A DNA stretch of 61,409 bases from Candidatus Woesearchaeota archaeon. GTDB taxonomy: Archaea > Nanobdellota > Nanobdellia > Pacearchaeales > UBA284. The DNA lies in assembly GCA_964500015.1 (NCBI GenBank), contig CAZCMN010000001.1:1-61409 (forward strand), in the 5' to 3' direction. A program made the position numbers and the translations under genes. Within the stretch, counting starts at the first letter, position 1. Every line of letters begins with the position of its first letter. Below the pieces are notes generated by a model. The model did no database searches, was not told the DNA's origin, and saw only the letters and a list, made by a program, of their open reading frames with translations. Shown here in pieces: positions 1 to 10,006 of this stretch.

Positions 1-274
1 TACTTTGATTTTTCTAGATTATTTTAGGGGGTGACATATGTCTATGGATTGCACAGTTATGTTCTATTAAATTAAATAATTAAGTATTAATCACCGTAGG
101 GTTAGGTTCGCTACGTTGTGAACTCAAGAGTTCATCGAACCTACTAAATCATAAAAAACTCGCGAGTTTTTGTGATGCCGAAAAAGTTCTCTTTTTCTAG
201 CATAAGATAAATTATCCAATTACACTTACCGAGTTTTATCAAAAACTTCTTAAATTGCTTTTCTCTTAGTTTTT

Positions 275-1186
275 ATGGCAAGCACAAATCAATCTCCAGA
301 ATATCAAGCAGCAGAGAAAAAGTATCTTAATTCTCAGACAGATGAAGAAAGATTAGAAGCTCTTAAAAAGATGATGAGTTACATGCCAGCGCATAAAGCT
401 GGCGAGTCTTTACGAGCAAATTTAAGATTAAGGTATAAAAAACTAAAAGAAAAACTAGAAATTCAGAAAAAGAAGAAAAAATCTCAAGGAAAAGCTGGAA
501 TTAAAAAAGAAGGGATTCAAATAGCTTTAGTGGGATTGACAAATTCTGGAAAATCTTCTTTATTGTCTTTATTAACAAATGCTAAACCAGAAATTTCTGA
601 AATAGAATTTTCAACACAACAGCCATTAGTGGGAATGTTAAATTATGAGGGAATAAAATTCCAGATAGTTGATTTGCCAGCAATAAATCACGAAACTTTT
701 GATTTGGGAATTACAAATACAGCAGATATCTTAATTATACTAATAAATAATATAAAAGATTTAGAGATAAGTCCCCCTTATCTTCAAAAAACAACTGGAA
801 AAAGAATTGTCGTTTTTAATAAAATAGATTTATTAAATGATTTTGAAAAAAGAAAAATTCAAGCGAATTTACAAAGCAAAAAATTGAATTTTTGCCTGAT
901 TTCATGCAAAACTCAAGAAGGTTTTGATGAATTAAAGAAAAAACTGCTTGAAAATTCTGGAATAATCAGAATTTATACAAAACAGCCTGGAAAAGAAAAA
1001 GATGAAGATCCAACAACAATTAAGCCAAACTCAACAGTAGAAGATTTAGCTAAAAAACTCTTTCATTCAGGAATAAAAATTAAGGAAACAAGAATAACAG
1101 GGCCATCAAGCAAATTTCCAAATCAAACAGTTGGCCTCAAGCATATCTTGAAAGACAAAGATATTGTAGAATTTCACACTGACTAA
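275..1186 (+). CDS. Obg/DRG-family GTP-binding protein with C-terminal TGS-like domain
   Basis: P-loop GLTNSGKSSLL, G4 NKID, C-terminal TGS-like tail ...LKDKDIVEFH. Confidence 0.75.
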   Translation: MASTNQSPEYQAAEKKYLNSQTDEERLEALKKMMSYMPAHKAGESLRANLRLRYKKLKEKLEIQKKKKKSQGKAGIKKEGIQIALVGLTNSGKSSLLSLLTNAKPEISEIEFSTQQPLVGMLNYEGIKFQIVDLPAINHETFDLGITNTADILIILINNIKDLEISPPYLQKTTGKRIVVFNKIDLLNDFEKRKIQANLQSKKLNFCLISCKTQEGFDELKKKLLENSGIIRIYTKQPGKEKDEDPTTIKPNSTVEDLAKKLFHSGIKIKETRITGPSSKFPNQTVGLKHILKDKDIVEFHTD

Positions 1187-2317
1187 TTATTTTTTGATTA
1201 ATGTTTCCAATTCTTTCAGCATATCCTTGACTTTTGGTTGTGCAAAATGTTTTCTTGCAGGTTCAAGTAATTTAGCAATTTCTTCAGCAATTGCCATTTT
1301 CAAATCAAGGGGATGCAATTTTTTGTTCAAAAAATCTTTTTCCAAATTATCATAATTCTCATAAACTATTTTTCCTCCAAATTTTTCTGAACGATTTACC
1401 TCTAATTTAGAGCTTTTGTTTCTAAAAACCAAAGATTTAGCCCAATCAAGAACTGGATTAAATTCAACTTCACCTTCTGGGCAAAAAGCATTTTTAATTT
1501 TGGTTCTAATTTCTTCTTCAGAATCATGAATAAAAATACATGTTTCTGGTTTAGATTTAGACATTTTTAAAGAAGACCAAACATCTTGTAGATTTTCTTT
1601 TTTTATAGGCCATACTGGTGGTTTTCCTAAACCCAAAATTAAGTGATGATGTACTGCAACAGGTTTTATTTTATTCCCTTTATTATCTAATAATGGGCTA
1701 ATTTTCAGATTTAATGCAACATCTCTTGCAATAACTTGTGCCTTTCTCTGATCTAAACCTGCATGAGGCAGATTAATTCCCTGAATAAAGATATCTGCAA
1801 CTTGCATGGGGGGATAAATTAATTTTGCAAAATCAACAGACTCACCTTCTTTTCTTCCCATAATGGTTATGCTCCTCATCATTCTTGCTAAACTTGTATT
1901 CTTACTTATATCAATCATCGTTTGCCAATATTCATCATTATTATGATACAAATCAGACCCTAAAACAAATTTTAATTTTTCAGTATCTCCACCAACACAC
2001 TTAAAACTTGCTTTTAATCCTTCTTTAAAATAACCTCCAGCAACCCTCTTTATTTTTTCTCTATCTCCTCCAAGTTTGTCATTAATCCAAGAGTGCCAAT
2101 CTGCTAGAAATATAGAACAATCAATTCCAGCATCCATAAAATCCCTTACTTTAGACATACACATAATTCCAGTTCCTAAATGAATCTTACCAGAAATTTC
2201 AAAACCAATATAGTGTTTAAGTTTTATCCCAGACTCTAATCTTTGTTTAAGATCCTCTTCAGTCATTATCTCTTCTGTATTTCTCTTAATAAGTTCAAAT
2301 CTTTTTTCATTATCCAT
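1187..2317 (-). CDS. tyrS: tyrosyl-tRNA synthetase, archaeal type
   Basis: YIGFEISGKIHLG (HIGH region), KMSKS loop, EKFGG and ELHPLDLK...EEI.K.LEP.RK blocks as in archaeal TyrRS. Confidence 0.9.
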   Translation of the reverse strand: MDNEKRFELIKRNTEEIMTEEDLKQRLESGIKLKHYIGFEISGKIHLGTGIMCMSKVRDFMDAGIDCSIFLADWHSWINDKLGGDREKIKRVAGGYFKEGLKASFKCVGGDTEKLKFVLGSDLYHNNDEYWQTMIDISKNTSLARMMRSITIMGRKEGESVDFAKLIYPPMQVADIFIQGINLPHAGLDQRKAQVIARDVALNLKISPLLDNKGNKIKPVAVHHHLILGLGKPPVWPIKKENLQDVWSSLKMSKSKPETCIFIHDSEEEIRTKIKNAFCPEGEVEFNPVLDWAKSLVFRNKSSKLEVNRSEKFGGKIVYENYDNLEKDFLNKKLHPLDLKMAIAEEIAKLLEPARKHFAQPKVKDMLKELETLIKK

Positions 2318-2524
2318 ATTATTCTAAAACTCCCTAGTTTATAAATTTTAATAATGGTTGGCGCATATGTGACAGCGATAAGTTGTAATAGATTGTCAAA
2401 AACCAACTAAGAGCAGGTTCAATAAAACCAAAAAGAGAACTAAACCATACCTCCCACTTACATTTCATCCAAAGTAAGATTTAAAAAACAGAAGAACCTT
2501 TAAATCAGAGAAAAGAGAGGTAAA

Positions 2525-2959
2525 ATGGAGATAAATTATTTATTAGTCACAGCACAACTTTTGATTACTTGTGGTTTGTCAGCATTAATCGGCTGGGAAA
2601 GACAAAAAACCAAAACAGTTGTTAAAGGAACAGCTGGCCTAAGAACACATATGTTGGTTGCATTGGGAGCAGTTTTATTAACACTTATCTCGATTTATGG
2701 TTTTCAACAATTTTCTAATGCAGATCCTGGCAGAATAATAAGTTATATTGTAATGGGCATTGGTTTTCTTGGAGCTGGAACAATTATAGCTCATCAAGGA
2801 AAAGTTTATGGATTAACAACAGCAGCTTCAATTTGGCTTGTTGCAGCAATCGGAATTGCAGTTGGTTTGGGACTGTATATAATCGCGATTATAACGACAG
2901 TATTTGCATTAATCGTTCTAGAGTTATGGAGATTAGAAAAAAACTTTAATAATCCATGA
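2525..2959 (+). CDS. MgtC/SapB-family membrane protein
   Basis: GWERQ...AGLRTHMLVALGA signature, 4 TM segments; ATGA overlap with the next ORF. Confidence 0.75.
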   Translation: MEINYLLVTAQLLITCGLSALIGWERQKTKTVVKGTAGLRTHMLVALGAVLLTLISIYGFQQFSNADPGRIISYIVMGIGFLGAGTIIAHQGKVYGLTTAASIWLVAAIGIAVGLGLYIIAIITTVFALIVLELWRLEKNFNNP

Positions 2960-3312
2960 AAAACCTAGGGTTAATTCAATTTTCATTAATTATTTCTGTA
3001 GTTGGAATCATCATTCTAATTTTTCTCTCTATTTATTCTGAACCCAAAATAAGTTCTATAGAAGAGATAAACAAAAAAAACTTAGAAAATTATGTGAAAA
3101 TAAACGGAACAATAATTAATATAGATAAAATAAAATCTGGAGAAAACTATTTTTTGATAATAAGATTAAAAGATTTTTCTGATTCAATTGATGTTTTAGA
3201 TTATGAAAATTCTAATTTAAAAATAAATCAAAAAATCCAGGTTATTGGAAAAATTTCAGAGTATAAAAATCAACTTCAGATTGAAGCTAAAAAAATAAAA
3301 CTTCTAGAATGA
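2956..3312 (+). CDS. membrane-anchored OB-fold-like protein
   Basis: N-terminal TM helix then about 80-aa beta-rich segment; translationally coupled (ATGA) on both sides. Confidence 0.45.
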   Translation: MKNLGLIQFSLIISVVGIIILIFLSIYSEPKISSIEEINKKNLENYVKINGTIINIDKIKSGENYFLIIRLKDFSDSIDVLDYENSNLKINQKIQVIGKISEYKNQLQIEAKKIKLLE

Positions 3313-4514
3313 TTGAACAAATAATCATTTCCATAATTTTAGGCATTTTAGCAGGTTTATTTACTGGATTAATCCCTGGAATCCATATCAACCTTGTGGC
3401 AACACTTCTTTTTATTAATTCTTCTCAATTACTCTCTATAACTACCCCAATTACTCTAGCAATTTTCATTATTTCTATGACAATGGTTCATACTTTTACA
3501 GATTTTATTCCCTCTATTTTTTTAGGCGCCCCAGATGATGAAACAGCCCTAAGTTCATTGCCAGGACACAGAATGCTTCTAAAAGGTTTAGGATATGAAG
3601 CTACAAAATTAACTGCAATTGGCTGTCTTATAGGAACAATTGCTGCGATAATCTTATCAATCTTCTTCATAAAAACTGCCCCAATTTTTTATCCTTTTCT
3701 AAACAAAACAATGGTTTTTATCTTGATAGCACTCTCTCTTTTCTTAATTTTAACTGAAAGAAGTGCAAAAAATAAATTTTTTGCCTTAGTTATTTTCATT
3801 CTTTCTGGAATTCTCGGTTATTTTACCTTAAACTTAACAGTAATAAAACAGCCCTTATTTCCTTTATTCACTGGTTTATTTGGTTCATCCTTATTAACTA
3901 TAAGTTTTCTGCAAAATGTCAAGCTTCCTGAACAAAAGATTACAAAATCAAGAATTGAAAAAAAAGAAATTTTAAAAGCCCTGATATTGAGTATATTCTC
4001 TTCTAGTTTAATTTCATTTCTTCCAGGAGTCGGTTCAAGCCAAGCAGCTACAATTGCTTCTGCTTTTAAGAGGATTAGTGAAAAAACTTTTTTAATAGTC
4101 TTAGGAATGGTAAATTCCATGACTATGTTATTGAGTTTTGTTGCCCTCTATGCTATAAATAAACCTCGAAGTGGAGTAGCTGTTTTTGTTGGAAAATTTC
4201 TTCCAAATATTTCTCTTGAACAGCTTTGGATTCTGTTTATAGTGGCATTAATTGTTTCCATAATCGCCTTCTTTTTAACAATTATTCTAGCAAAAAACTT
4301 CTCAAGATTTATTTCAAAAATTAATTATAAAAAACTCTGTCTATTTATTTTGATTTTTTTAGCAATTCTAACTCCAATAATCTCTGGTTGGATTGGGTTG
4401 ATTGTCTTAGCAACTGGAACTTCTTTAGGAATTTTTTGTTCTCTAATTGGAACAAAAAAAATATTTTTAATGGGTTCTTTGCTTCTGCCAGTGATACTTT
4501 GGAGTTTGCTCTAA
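3309..4514 (+). CDS. TctA-like / DUF112 polytopic membrane protein
   Basis: about 10 TM segments, GLIPGIH and PGVGSSQAA motifs typical of the TctA family. Confidence 0.6.
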   Translation: MIEQIIISIILGILAGLFTGLIPGIHINLVATLLFINSSQLLSITTPITLAIFIISMTMVHTFTDFIPSIFLGAPDDETALSSLPGHRMLLKGLGYEATKLTAIGCLIGTIAAIILSIFFIKTAPIFYPFLNKTMVFILIALSLFLILTERSAKNKFFALVIFILSGILGYFTLNLTVIKQPLFPLFTGLFGSSLLTISFLQNVKLPEQKITKSRIEKKEILKALILSIFSSSLISFLPGVGSSQAATIASAFKRISEKTFLIVLGMVNSMTMLLSFVALYAINKPRSGVAVFVGKFLPNISLEQLWILFIVALIVSIIAFFLTIILAKNFSRFISKINYKKLCLFILIFLAILTPIISGWIGLIVLATGTSLGIFCSLIGTKKIFLMGSLLLPVILWSLL

Positions 4515-4515
4515 A

Positions 4516-4923
4516 TTATCTCCAAATTCTTTCTTTGATCAAAAAATCTAAAACACTCTCTTGAACATTGGTCATGATTTTATATTTTTTTCCTAGATAA
4601 TCTTTAACATTTATCCAAAAAAGATCATGAACATATCTCTCTTTTTGGGGGACCATTAATTTTCCTTTAGCCTTAATTAAATAAATTTTGTTTCTAGAAG
4701 CCTCCCTAAACATTGGAGACTTTCCAAGAGTTTCTCCAACAAATCTCATGGAAATTAAATCTAAATTTGTTTCTTCTTTTAATTCTCTTTTTAGACATTC
4801 TTCATCTGTCTCGTTATTTTCAATTTTTCCGCCAGGTGTCCACAGTAATCCAGACTTTCCTCGCATCATCAATAATTTATTGTCTTTAATTATAATTCCC
4901 GCAATTCTATCTCTAATTTCCAT
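4516..4923 (-). CDS. NUDIX hydrolase
   Basis: Nudix box GGKIENNETDEECLKRELKEETNL. Confidence 0.85.
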   Translation of the reverse strand: MEIRDRIAGIIIKDNKLLMMRGKSGLLWTPGGKIENNETDEECLKRELKEETNLDLISMRFVGETLGKSPMFREASRNKIYLIKAKGKLMVPQKERYVHDLFWINVKDYLGKKYKIMTNVQESVLDFLIKERIWR

Positions 4924-4954
4924 AGAAAAATAAAAGAATCATACTTAAAAAGCT

Positions 4955-7900
4955 TTAGAAAAACTTCTTCAATTCTTGCTGCCTTTCTGTATCTCTTCCA
5001 AACATAGTTTCTATAGCTGCCTTTGTTATCTCTAAACTTTGTTTTGTATAAGCTGGAACAGGATAATTTCTTGCTAGATTCATTGCAGCTTCAAGATATT
5101 TTAAAATCGAGCCCTCTGAAATCGTAAAAATAATCCTCCCTGCACAAAGCTGCCCATTATTCAAGACTTTAATGCATTTTCCAATCAAAGGAGGTCTTCT
5201 ATAAATTTCATTACAACTTACACATCTAAAAGATTGTTGTGTAAATTTGTTAAAATTACCCTTAATGTCTCTGATAAAATGCCTCTCAATAATCAACCTG
5301 GCAACATCTCCTATGTCTACTGCCCTTAACTTGCAGTCTAGTTCCATTTGTTTTTTTACTTTCTCGGCCATACTTGGAATTGATTTGTAAGCTGAATTCA
5401 CAACACCATAATTAAAATCATCAGTATTGTGAGTAAATCCAACATTTTCCATAGGTTCTTTTCCTTCTTTTAATCTTTTTCTAACAGTATCCAAAACAAC
5501 CTTGGAAGAATGTTCTTTTTTTTCAGCTAGCTCATACATCTCAAGGGGATAATCCCCTAATTCAAAATCTAAAATCTGGTCATCTACCTCTCTTGCCCTG
5601 ACTCTTGCATTCAAAACTAGTGGAGCATCTTGTGTCCCCCCTCTATGTGCTGGAAGAAATTCTTTTGAAAAATTAATTAAAACATCTAACAATAACATCA
5701 CTGCTACTTCATCGCCATCGCAGTCTCTACGCACAGCAGCATGAATATAAGGAGAGGCTAGTAACCCCTGAACTTTAGAAAACCCAATAATTCTGGTTAT
5801 AACCCCTGCGCAATTGTGTGGAGCCATGCAAATAGTTAAATGCCCTATCAGATCCTCTTCTTTTTTCAGATTATAAAAAGGGTTTAAACCATAAAATCTT
5901 ACAAGTAAATCATCAACAAATTTGCATGTTCTGAAAAAAACAATGTCTGCTTTCTCATCACTGGAATCTGGACAAGAAGGAAGAATAATATCCTGTGGCT
6001 TTAATTCTAAAATCTGATTATCGTTCTCAAGATTATCTCCATGAATATCTTTTTCATAACCCAAGTTTTTTAATTTTTCAATATCTGCTGAAATTTCTTT
6101 TGGTTTAAAATGAGTAATAGGCAGCTCAGTAACATCATATCTCATAGTTCCATCTTTATTTACGTTTATATTATGAGATGCTCTCAAAATTCCCTTTGCC
6201 AAGTTTTCTGGAATATGTTTGGAAGAACTTGTTCCCCTAACTCCCTTAACAATTTTCAGATTATCAGGAAGATCTAATTTTTTTATAGCATTCTTATAAT
6301 AATCTTTAATATTTATTCTCATATTTGCATAAGGCCTACATTTTCCATGAATCCTACAGCTCTCTGAAAACATTTTTTTATCACAGCCATAACAATAAAA
6401 CATTTGTTTAGCTTCTTTTCCACAATCACAGATAAAATAAACTGTCTCTTTGTTGCAATTCTCGCAAAAATAAATCGGAAAATCTGCTTTAATAGTTCCC
6501 TTATCTATAGCAGCTTGAAAACTTCTTAATTTTCCCCCTTCTTCTCCAACAGGAAATAGAACGTGTGGACTTCCAGTTAGTTCTCTTGGTTTTGCTTTTT
6601 CTGGTCTGCCCATCCTCGATCCTATAAAAGTTCCTGCTTTATCTTTAATTTTATAATTAGAAGAATTATTAAGTATTTCTAAAATATCGGGTTTAGGTTT
6701 ATCTTGAACAAAAAGTTGAACTTTTTCTAAATACTGTTTAACAGAATCTTTAAATTCCTTATCTGAAATCTCAAGAATTCCGAGATTTGCTAAAAAAGCT
6801 AGGCTTCTTTCTTTTTCCAAAACAACATTCTCAGTAGTAACCTCATGATCTATGCCTATCAGCTCTAAAGCCCTTTTTCCGATTTTATAGGTTTCTATTT
6901 CAGCCCGATTATAGGGAAAAATTATTTTTCCCCCATTATAATCTGCCTGCTTTAACCAATTGAGCAGCTCTTTAAATTGATTAAAATCAATTTGGCTCCA
7001 ATAAAAAATATGTTCTGGATGTAATGGAAGATTAAATTTTTCAGAAAACTCTTTTGCTTGTTCAAAATTTATCTTATAAGGATTTATTAAGAGAATTTCT
7101 CCAAGCTTCTCCTTAGAAGCTTTTTTTAATTCAAGATTCCACCACTCTTCAACATATCCTGGTTTTAATAATTCATAATTTCTATTTATTACATCTCCCA
7201 AAGAAAATAAAATATCCCCAAAATAGATTATTTCTTCAACATCATGATAAATCTTTTTTGCTTCTTCAAAATCTTTTATTTTTTTAACACTTCCATTTTT
7301 CAATTTGACAATTGGGCCATCAATTGAATCACAAGAAGTTATAACACATCCCTTAGTTGGTTTTTCTACTTTTAATTGAGTTCCTGTTGATAAAAAACAG
7401 TTTGAAATTCCCATTGTTGCAGGATGAATCGATGTTGCAGAAAATCCAGAAACTCTTGACCTCCCATATCTAAATCTAAAACCTCCAGATCTAGAAGGAT
7501 GTCCAAAAACCGGCCTACCTGCAACTAAATCTTTGATATATGTTGGGCTGGTATCAGTAGTTCCAGAAGTTCTTTTAGCATGAATCTTTAAATATTCCTC
7601 TAAAAAATCCCATCCAGTTGTTTTAAACCCCTTGCTCTGAACTCCTTTTAATACCCTTAATCCTTTTTGTGCTTTTTGAGCTAATCCTTCTGAAAAAATC
7701 AAACACATTCCTCCCCGAACAAAATTTGTTTCAACTCTATCTAAATCCTTATAATTTGAAACTTCTCTTTTTTCAGTTGGCTCACCAGTAATCTGAATTG
7801 GAATATTTTTTGCAAGAAATTTAATTTCTTCCTCTGTCGGAAGATATTGCAAGTTAGTAACTCTCTCATGATAATCATAATTCTCTATAAAATATCTCTT

Positions 7901-8452
7901 GACCTCTCTTTCATCTGGATCAAATTTTGCATAACCAAACATCTCTCTTAAATAATCAATTAACATTAAAACAACACAAGAAGCAGTTGTCCCTGCACTC
8001 CTGATTGGTCCTGAAAAATAAGCTTTAAAATATTCTTTTCCATCTCTTGTTTTTCCTACTTTTAATTCAGTAAAACCTTCTAAAGGACTTGAAACAACTC
8101 CAAGAGTTATATAAGCAAAACCGACCCTGATTCCAGCATCAATTGCCTGGATTAAAGATTCAAATTTACAGAACCTCTCTTTAGCAATTTCTTCAGCAAT
8201 TTTAAATGCAACAGCAGCATCTAATGGCCCATATTGCTGTTCTAATTCCAAAATCCGATTGATTATCTTCTTATCATTTAACTGAGGATAAATTGTTGAA
8301 ACTAATCCCAAAGATTTTTCAGCCAAGTTAGAAGCTAATAGAATTTCAACTTTATTCAGAGGATCTAATCCTTTTGATCTAGCTGCCCCTGCAATAGAAT
8401 ACTCTTTCTTAACTCCTTTTCCTATAATCTCAAAATATTTTTCTAATTCCAT
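4955..8452 (-). CDS. polC: DNA polymerase II (PolD) large subunit DP2, no intein
   Basis: 1165 aa; Cys clusters CENCNKET...CDCG and CVSCNEIYRRPPL...C, RDCDGDE block; directly downstream of DP1. Confidence 0.95.
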   Translation of the reverse strand: MELEKYFEIIGKGVKKEYSIAGAARSKGLDPLNKVEILLASNLAEKSLGLVSTIYPQLNDKKIINRILELEQQYGPLDAAVAFKIAEEIAKERFCKFESLIQAIDAGIRVGFAYITLGVVSSPLEGFTELKVGKTRDGKEYFKAYFSGPIRSAGTTASCVVLMLIDYLREMFGYAKFDPDEREVKRYFIENYDYHERVTNLQYLPTEEEIKFLAKNIPIQITGEPTEKREVSNYKDLDRVETNFVRGGMCLIFSEGLAQKAQKGLRVLKGVQSKGFKTTGWDFLEEYLKIHAKRTSGTTDTSPTYIKDLVAGRPVFGHPSRSGGFRFRYGRSRVSGFSATSIHPATMGISNCFLSTGTQLKVEKPTKGCVITSCDSIDGPIVKLKNGSVKKIKDFEEAKKIYHDVEEIIYFGDILFSLGDVINRNYELLKPGYVEEWWNLELKKASKEKLGEILLINPYKINFEQAKEFSEKFNLPLHPEHIFYWSQIDFNQFKELLNWLKQADYNGGKIIFPYNRAEIETYKIGKRALELIGIDHEVTTENVVLEKERSLAFLANLGILEISDKEFKDSVKQYLEKVQLFVQDKPKPDILEILNNSSNYKIKDKAGTFIGSRMGRPEKAKPRELTGSPHVLFPVGEEGGKLRSFQAAIDKGTIKADFPIYFCENCNKETVYFICDCGKEAKQMFYCYGCDKKMFSESCRIHGKCRPYANMRINIKDYYKNAIKKLDLPDNLKIVKGVRGTSSSKHIPENLAKGILRASHNINVNKDGTMRYDVTELPITHFKPKEISADIEKLKNLGYEKDIHGDNLENDNQILELKPQDIILPSCPDSSDEKADIVFFRTCKFVDDLLVRFYGLNPFYNLKKEEDLIGHLTICMAPHNCAGVITRIIGFSKVQGLLASPYIHAAVRRDCDGDEVAVMLLLDVLINFSKEFLPAHRGGTQDAPLVLNARVRAREVDDQILDFELGDYPLEMYELAEKKEHSSKVVLDTVRKRLKEGKEPMENVGFTHNTDDFNYGVVNSAYKSIPSMAEKVKKQMELDCKLRAVDIGDVARLIIERHFIRDIKGNFNKFTQQSFRCVSCNEIYRRPPLIGKCIKVLNNGQLCAGRIIFTISEGSILKYLEAAMNLARNYPVPAYTKQSLEITKAAIETMFGRDTERQQELKKFF

Positions 8453-8480
8453 ATTTTAATTTTTTATCTTTAATTATTTT

Positions 8481-10001
8481 TTAACTAAAATCTAAGATAC
8501 TGGCTTTTCCAGTTTGTAAATTTACTATTGGTATTTTGCAAGGATCTGGTTCATGTCCAAATTTCTCTTGATAAGAGGTTTTAGCTTGCCAACAAGCACA
8601 TGAAATAGTTAAAATCCCATTATACCTTGAAACCGCACTCTTATGAATATGCCCTGAAACAAAAATATCTGGAATTTTTCTTATAGCTAATAAATCTTTT
8701 TCACAGGGATAGTATGTTGTTGAAGTATGTGTTGGAGCAAGGTGTCTTTTTTTTAATAAAAATTGCATAATCAAATCAGGTTTTAGTTTAGAGTTATTAA
8801 TTCTCAAATAATCTATCCGATCCATATAATAATCATAAGAATCTCCATGATAAATCAGAACATCTAATCCTGGAAAGACATCAGAAATTGCAATCCTAAC
8901 TAATGAAGGATTTGGAACAAGAATGACATTCTCCATATCATAAAGTTCAGGAGCAAATTCTTTAGATAATTTAGGTTGTGGCTCAACCTGATAAACTGCA
9001 TCGTGTTTCCCTCCAGGACAAACAATGATAGTTACATCTTTTCTGATTTTTCTTAAAAATTCTGCGAATAGTTTATACTGCTCATAAATATCTTTAACTA
9101 AAAGTTCAGATTCTTGTTTAGGATAAACTCCTACGCCATCGACACAATCCCCAACAATAAAAAGATATTTTACTTTTTTGGAAATTTCCTTCTGTTTCTC
9201 ATTTCCAACTTCTCCATTAAGCCAGGAGATAAAATTTAAGAAATTCTCTTGGAAAAATTTATTAGAGCCTATATGCAAATCTGCAGTGAATACAGCATAA
9301 ATCTCTTCAGGATGTTTTTTGATTTCCTTTACACAATCCATCACTAAAACATCATTAGCGAAAATTATCTCATTTGATCCAACTCCCCTAATAGCAATAA
9401 CTTCATCTAAAACCACATTATTTGCTTTATTGAACAGCTCTTGTTTGTCTTGTCTAACCAAAACAGTAACTTTTCCAGTCAAATCCTCTATTTCCAGCAA
9501 TAAATTCTTATTTTTTGTTAATCTCTTGTCAAATACCATCCCGATTATAGAAACATTTCTTTGTTGATTTGACAACTTGCCTATGCTGCATAGATTTTCT
9601 AAGGCTCTATCTTGCAGATATTCTTTGAAAGTGAAATATCTATCTCTGAAATATTTGATAAAATCTTCAATAAAGATTTTTTGGGGTTTTAATTCAGTCT
9701 CTTCTATTATCTCCACATCTTTTTTCTTAGTTTTTTCAGTAATAATTTCACAAGAAGAAACTTCTTTCTTATTAAAAGAATTTAAAAATATTTTAATATC
9801 TTCGTCTTCAAGAAGAACATTTAGTTTTTGGGTGTTTTCTGTAAAAAAAGAATTAGAGATTATTTTTGGAGGATTGAGTTTGATTAGACTATAAGTTAGT
9901 TTAAGAAGTTTCTCGTCATTTAATCCAGAATTCTTTAGAGTCTGGATTAATGAGGCTTCTAATAAATACCCTTTATTCATAAATTCCCCAATAAACTGCA
10001 T
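8481..10001 (-). CDS. polB: DNA polymerase II (PolD) small subunit DP1
   Basis: calcineurin-like phosphoesterase motifs DLHIGS, GDCVDG, GGKHD, GHIH; OB-like N-terminal half. Confidence 0.9.
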   Translation of the reverse strand: MQFIGEFMNKGYLLEASLIQTLKNSGLNDEKLLKLTYSLIKLNPPKIISNSFFTENTQKLNVLLEDEDIKIFLNSFNKKEVSSCEIITEKTKKKDVEIIEETELKPQKIFIEDFIKYFRDRYFTFKEYLQDRALENLCSIGKLSNQQRNVSIIGMVFDKRLTKNKNLLLEIEDLTGKVTVLVRQDKQELFNKANNVVLDEVIAIRGVGSNEIIFANDVLVMDCVKEIKKHPEEIYAVFTADLHIGSNKFFQENFLNFISWLNGEVGNEKQKEISKKVKYLFIVGDCVDGVGVYPKQESELLVKDIYEQYKLFAEFLRKIRKDVTIIVCPGGKHDAVYQVEPQPKLSKEFAPELYDMENVILVPNPSLVRIAISDVFPGLDVLIYHGDSYDYYMDRIDYLRINNSKLKPDLIMQFLLKKRHLAPTHTSTTYYPCEKDLLAIRKIPDIFVSGHIHKSAVSRYNGILTISCACWQAKTSYQEKFGHEPDPCKIPIVNLQTGKASILDFS

Positions 10002-10006
10002 TTTTA

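Noticed and set aside
3488-4120. Track ORFs 3488..3670 and 3818..4120, and similarly 4688..4933, 9319..9567, 9577..9894, 16095..16373, 18532..18768, 22393..22725, 23449..23703, 24677..24883, 25276..25548, 26180..26395, 30142..30832, 35271..35667, 37093..37615, 39302..39984, 40788..41102, 46593..46799, 47300..47685 and 50531..51125
   Set aside because: All lie antisense to, or out of frame within, long ORFs with clear family signatures. Their products are low-complexity (F/L/S/I-rich) shadows typical of AT-rich genomes.
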